A stretch of DNA of 64,000 nt from a virus, in the IMG/VR virus record IMGVR_UViG_3300017971_000214, positions 32,001 to 96,000 of that record; one strand, given 5' to 3'. A program made the translations under genes and the position numbers. The first letter of the stretch is position 1. Every line of letters begins with the position of its first letter. This document shows positions 63,001 through 64,000 of the stretch, piece after piece. The notes under the pieces are model-generated. The model saw nothing but the letters and a program-made list of their open reading frames with translations. It had not been told where the DNA came from and made no database searches.

Positions 63001-63769
63001 GAAGGATCGGACCGTCAAGAACCTTCGCAAGAAGCTGAAGTCCAAGGGTGTGTCTCAGGAAGAGATCGAAAACACTGAGCTGCGTGAGGTGCTTCCGGGG
63101 TTTTCGACACATGTGGAGAAGGGTCGCTGGAAGAAGCTGCGCGAGAAGGGCGCACGTTTCGTTTTCCACGGCGCCGACCTGGGGTCGATCGTTTCCATCG
63201 TCCAGCGCGGGGCGCTGGGCATCAATGAGCGCAACGCGGCCGGCGTTCCCAAGACTGGCGTATCGTACAGCCAGGACGTGAAGACGGGTTCAGGCGATGG
63301 CGTGTTGGGTTACGTGGCGCACTCGGCCCAAGGCGGGAAGAGCCCTGGGTCCTACAGCTTCAGTAAGCAGGTTCAGGTCATCTTCGACCCGCGCGAGCTG
63401 GAACGCCTCGACGCCTACATGCATTACGGCGATTGCTACGGCACTTGCACGCCTTACAACAACGGCACGAAGTCGGGGTCGGTGTGGAACAAGAGGCAGT
63501 CTTTGGAGAAGCGTGTAGAGGGGCTGGCTAGCCAGGGCAGCTCGCACGAGATCTCGTTCCGCCGAGGCATCTCTCCCACAAGCATCCTTCGGCTCAACGT
63601 AGCGAACGAGACGACGCGGAAGAAGGTCATCAAAGACCTTCGAGCTGCAGGCATCGAGGAAGTGAACGGGCTGCCGGTGGAAGATCTCGTCGTCGTGGGC
63701 GGCTCCAACGAGGAGATCTACAAGAAGTACGTCGAGCCCATGATGACGGAGAGGCGAAATGCAGCCTAA
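57035..63769 (+). CDS. giant 2244-aa protein: helical repeats + HipA/PI3K-like kinase + putative ADP-ribosyltransferase-like C-terminus
   Basis: At least 9 A..GD...NA.KL repeats; LGGAG..KW.HK..DWLMSQHDSHAANF..VDKEQ; FVFHG..Y..HEI. Confidence 0.7.
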   Translation: MDEIFFARPAGLALWEDAAGVLLESTGFVNEVKIIGVKTDDSGNKKILVWKNYKSGPKPAWISSKNLHKHASDLMDPPEGTTDEYPPVGDISDPASFTGSTTDIKPLPGKETVPEMGADVWVPSVALKNLAKKVKAMGLKPQDTFQKAVAAGEPIPKEIPKAVGLSGLPKADEPAKAPETPPEAPKEPEAPEPPAEPEAPPEAPAEPAKPALVMTPDEVAQAAKAGDIDKLDQNAEKLGIKGREELKKAALGAHDSGDYEKAAKLAGVLAKAFEKTKGASHAFTKAWADKAQEFAKKASGEEPAPPEPEKPKAAEPGGPIGDDAIQAASVSGDWSQVVASAKELTPEQINTVTNAFNAASAGDDHKKAASVAEAMAEIQQARGEDISAKFWKEDAEEAKKLAGLPVEMSVPQVKDAVEAGDIATLKQNATKLGAARKFVAADMEFAIQDGNWSKASELASILSDSYKEHGIPSMVESYAQAAESYKKKAEDQAAAKDAVSDVQVDDALSSGNYDAIVDNATKLTPHQKSKFCGHVADMMVAAEKDPTAEKAQKVAEGCGALKKTYEALGEDTMAEAMGVEAEKWETKAKEAQPSPMDDSEIDQAVSDGNYQKLINNATKLSADQIDNVKDAHEKLFDVGEYEKASDLAKAISEVETQLKDDYAATQWAKKAQQLGPGFAQNELSSAIASGDTEAIKKNADSLGLDEKYLIANGAEEAAEAGEYEKAANLLTALAEVQEQKGEEKSAQKLKAKAKNFQAQADHGEAFSEALAQGDADYMVANAEKLSAQQRGTLGEALTKLESDQDWGNAAKIAEAIAESYKHEDSPAAPFWENESKKYAKLAGKEVSSPVPEPFNAAGNLTPMAVNAALDKGDLDFLAAHAGKLQDKSGVLEAYTDAQSFGDWGKAAKIAGVMVAHYESKLAGEELPESLADTYQAVLGNWQGEQAFAAEKMGKEAPPSAKAAAEAQGESAYTKYGYVKAAVADKAAQNGDFDFLMENASKMGKASLGKVRDGFEVSLHTGKPGDAAKFAAVMVAHYQFKKNGKKATYWKEIQDEYAAEAGGAEAGEVPSNADVDKLAEQYSAAHKANDFVQAANVAKKLSGALAAKGDAAGAELWGKLSDDVGKNVIASAVSPDAEESKKIGDELFDASLSIGKVTELAEKDLSDSQVMKLEEVFQQALEDEDHGKAAQVAEALSKIHKDKGNEATAEKWAESAAYHKDLAEKKPEDPYKPKAAEPAPTLEEMEASGVLVLPWNAKPAKGKEHPTAAQAASAQGTLGLAVDEFVHPVSKEVWKVVGIIENEYIDPNDGIVYDKKTGKPIKGKGKFNIVETGKSVEGEPAEAAPSGPTENFPMPEPAPPPAPPTPVPSSAKDAVDVIKATPLPKGVPSPEDLTLEGSANHLGGAGTKYTYTDKDGNKWLHKHAYAKGSSSAAKPYAMMAQQVWSQVALRARGEHLPIAAMEVSGPGGKKALGTLQPLVERDAKQPDLRGVDPKTLSDEDRSTIAKEHVLDWLMSQHDSHAANFIRRAEDGKIFSVDKEQGFRFFGSDKLSIDYAPNSDLYGENPPFYNKVWSGWVKGDYDMDPKGLQETVEKIDAIPVKEYIDMMKPYAETMWPGKPDKQLEFLKAARRRKLDIRKDFERFFTELYRKKTGDDGNFTFDAGWSGDKPSEEGPKVIKHTVSAKDYIKVFASEHDTTMKWEEFDDPQTGKDPSKLTVKVANSDTNGQKKLEKMLAKTGVSPLNTTPVKGGYYTMLFVNAEEFNNATVDYEEIQQPVKPGDIAPTPKTPRYFPDDYEHAVASSNTEEIKNLQNISTGRGGKRYESDGTAVEGSSLRARRYEDKNGSYFGFQFKLRPEIWEALRDSGTGEPSTLKFKQSEYIEAKDAYVETGSTIDTANARRWAVGSSDIHLVPGSEDNKSSDKYSYVGMVQAKVRPKPGQSPYDALAELLEEMKPGLAKDVLRTATPEEKEIWKLSQLLWARAPQMADKLEEKDRTVKNLRKKLKSKGVSQEEIENTELREVLPGFSTHVEKGRWKKLREKGARFVFHGADLGSIVSIVQRGALGINERNAAGVPKTGVSYSQDVKTGSGDGVLGYVAHSAQGGKSPGSYSFSKQVQVIFDPRELERLDAYMHYGDCYGTCTPYNNGTKSGSVWNKRQSLEKRVEGLASQGSSHEISFRRGISPTSILRLNVANETTRKKVIKDLRAAGIEEVNGLPVEDLVVVGGSNEEIYKKYVEPMMTERRNAA

Positions 63770-64000
63770 GTTCAGGTTCCGGGACGTCTACGTGGTTACC
63801 GCTCCTCCGGGGGACTACAACGGCATCGACATCGCCGTTGGGGTGCGGGTGGTGGAGGGCCACGTCAACCCCGGTACTAAGCAGAAGGAGAGGTCCATCG
63901 AGTGGCTAGCTGCGGACGGCAGCTTCCAGGGGGGCCACACTCTTTTCGGGGACGTGGTCAAGGCGGAGAACGACATCACCGAGGTGCAGGACACCAGCAT
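63759..64000 (+). CDS. partial hypothetical protein (runs off the window)
   Basis: SD GAGG, ATG 63759, open to the window end (MQPKFRFRDVYVV...). Confidence 0.6.
   Translation, partial: MQPKFRFRDVYVVTAPPGDYNGIDIAVGVRVVEGHVNPGTKQKERSIEWLAADGSFQGGHTLFGDVVKAENDITEVQDTS

Noticed and set aside
1-64000. Genome-wide TAG recoding
   Set aside because: Many genes end in TAG with the next start immediately after (e.g. 920/921, 9453/9455, 40212/40213), and conserved enzymes are not interrupted by TAG.

Overview
The window is a 64 kb segment of a large, GC-rich dsDNA bacteriophage genome. The host is possibly Myxococcota, inferred only from an FGE-sulfatase-domain gene, tandem SLT-like domains and the lipoprotein style. 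Almost all genes are on the + strand and are often translationally coupled. 1-15 kb holds small accessory genes, including an ADP-ribosylglycohydrolase, an HTH-HNH protein and a DUF3223/DCL-like protein. 15-25 kb holds a SNF2 helicase, a free-standing homing endonuclease, a two-domain lytic transglycosylase and a minus-strand operon (membrane protein, two lipoproteins, intein-containing papain-like peptidase). 25-38 kb holds a family-4 UDG, a KhpA-like KH protein, a MoxR-type AAA+/vWA pair, ThyX, a dNMP kinase and MazG. 39-56 kb is a replication/recombination module: initiator with internal iterons, DnaC-like loader, DnaB, primase, SSBs, SF2 helicase, RecA, Cas4-like nuclease, RuvC and ParB-like. 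57-64 kb is a 2244-aa repeat/kinase/ART-like protein. Four inteins are present. Two observations stand out. (1) Two Vsr/DUF559-like endonuclease genes are nested in the +1 frame inside host genes whose own frame stays open: one inside an unsplit intein, one in an intein-less 525-bp insert flanked by a near-perfect direct repeat and carrying its own leaderless promoter. (2) Three consecutive small genes each end in a short peptide resembling a conserved motif of a T4-like major capsid, portal or tail-sheath protein, possibly decoys or assembly inhibitors. All family assignments come from motif recognition by eye; no searches were run.
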